Below, one piece after another: positions 62,613-64,000 of a stretch of 64,000 nucleotides of DNA. A program made the position numbers and the translations under genes. The notes under the pieces are model-generated. The model had not been told where the DNA came from, searched no databases, and saw only the letters and a list, made by a program, of their open reading frames with translations. The stretch lies in NCBI RefSeq assembly GCF_902713615.1, contig NC_052149.1:126669256-126733255 (forward strand). The letters are read 5' to 3'. Positions within the stretch are counted from its first letter, which is position 1; every line of letters starts with the position of its first letter. The stretch is from Scyliorhinus canicula (taxonomy: Eukaryota).

Positions 62613-63631
62613 TGTTGTGTTATACACCCTGGGGTAACACACACTGTAAAATGATGCAGATAAACGATAAAGCATACACCAAACATAGGCGTTGGTTCAA
62701 TAAGATTTATTGAACTTCAGTAACGAAGCACGCAGCTGCCTGTGGGTTGACTCTCTACTACTCGAAGTAAACTAACTCTAACTATCTAGACCAGGCTAGC
62801 TCTGATCCACGTGTAGAAGGTGTTGGCTGATTTGTACACCCTGTTGTGGGAGCGGTGTTTTCATAACCCCAAAATGTATCATGGAGTTCAACCAACCTCT
62901 CCCTTTAATGGATTGTTGCTTTTGAAGCACACGGCTTGGTCTCCAGGTCTGGGATTACAATTATGGACACATGGGTTTTTAAACACAAAACAATGTTTAT
63001 TCCATGAATTCAACTTAACCTTTTTAAAAAAACATTGGCTCATTTACCACCCCTTACTCCAAAGATAACCCCGAAAATAATACTACACTAAATAATCTCT
63101 CAAAATGGTCCTTCAAACCTCCAACCTCCAAAAGACTGAACACCTTTAACAACAGAAACACATCAGGTTAAAGACATTACTATTATGAGTTTAAATCACC
63201 CAAATGATTCAGAGATAGTCTTTCATGGCAGAGATCACAGCAGATCCAGCTCACTGCAAACACAGACACACCCAAGCTCTTTTCCTCAAAACTAAAACCA
63301 AAACACTGCAAAATGGCTGAGCTAAAACCCCAGCTCCACCCACACTCTGACATCACTTCAGTAATATGAGCTGCTCCATTTCTTAAAGTTACATCACTTA
63401 GACATCCATTTCTTAAAGGTACTCGTACATGACAACCCTGAATGTCACTACAGTTGTCACCAGTGGAAAGAGGCAGAGTGCTGATGCCTCGTGTGTTTTA
63501 TAGTTGGAAGCCACCCTCTGGTGTTCTGTCTGCTGATTGGTTGTGTTCTGTTCTGTATGTTGATTGGCTCACCTGGGTGTCTGTCACTGTCTGCTTTTGC
63601 ATCATGATGTGCATGGGTGCATATTATGACA
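62613..63631 (-). mobile_element. Solo LTR (~420 bp net) in the transposase, containing a nested LTR
   Basis: TGTTGTG...ATTATGACA; 5-bp TSD GAGTT/GGGTT; removal restores QLRGLLLGDRGY; 3' end on + resembles the LTR at 11049. Confidence 0.85.
62842..63434 (-). mobile_element. Nested solo LTR, 593 bp
   Basis: TGTTGTG...CATGACA; perfect 4-bp TSD ACCC (62838-41, 63435-38). Strand inferred only from a minus-strand AATAAA. Confidence 0.88.
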
Positions 63632-64000
63632 GGGTTTGCTCCTGGGTGATAGGGGTTATCCACTGCGGCTGTGGCTGATGACGTGGAGACCCTCTACAAC
63701 GACGCCCATGTAGCGACCAGGGGTGTGACCGAGCGGTGCTTCGGCCTCCTGAAGATGTGGTTCAGGTGCCTGGACCACTCTGGAGAAGCCCTTCAGTTTG
63801 GTCCCGAGAGGGTGGCCCGCTTTATGGTGGCCGGCTGTACCCTCCACAACATCACGCAGCAGAGGGGCAATGTGCTGGCAGAAGAGGGTGAACACCCGGC
63901 CTCCTCTGATGAGGAGGATGTAGGGGAGGGCGAGACAGGCAGGGCTTGGGCAGGCACTGGAGGCCCTACAATGTGTGCACAAGGGCCAATGTACACGGGA

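Larger units (their letters stand above)
59556..63960 (+). pseudogene. HARBI1-like DDE transposase, disrupted
   Basis: VKVTVALNLYAMGSFQ..GISQSSV; INGVHV (first D changed to N); NRKGFHSMNMQLAC; YPGSVH; after the LTRs, LLGDRGYPLRLWLMT, NDAHVATRGVTERCFGLLKMWFRCL, CTLHNI. Confidence 0.92.
57664..64000 (+). mobile_element. PIF/Harbinger DNA transposon (autonomous-type, dead), running off the window
   Basis: TIR-like GGGGGGGTTTCTC at 57664, a leader, then a transposase remnant to the window end, with nested insertions. Confidence 0.8.

Noticed and set aside
59933-62686. 917-aa and 828-aa minus-strand ORFs
   Set aside because: Antisense shadows of the 48-bp array.

Overview
Eukaryotic, repeat-saturated window with no supportable host gene. 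The repeat complement (HE1/V-SINE-like SINEs, CR1 with an esterase ORF1, fish-type L1, L2, Rex-Babar, Penelope tail, PIF/Harbinger elements, solo LTRs) points to a cartilaginous fish (shark); this is an inference from memory, not a search. Main contents: (1) a four-level TE nest at 2-11.6 kb: a CR1-group LINE with a tRNA/Deu-SINE-like 5' head, containing a Harbinger-type element that itself holds a SINE and a full-length 5.7-kb L1; (2) two oppositely oriented arrays of a 36-bp satellite (14.2-14.9 and 29.4-36.9 kb), the larger with a 3433-bp higher-order repeat carrying a solo LTR; (3) a 10-kb G-quadruplex-prone 16-bp array; (4) a spliced Harbinger Myb/SANT gene remnant; (5) a Harbinger transposase whose GSxHD segment is amplified in frame as 51 x 48 bp. 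Several arrays can be traced to seeds inside TEs. The long repetitive ORFs in the track are artefacts of stop-free repeat units. Most element boundaries without a TSD are approximate.
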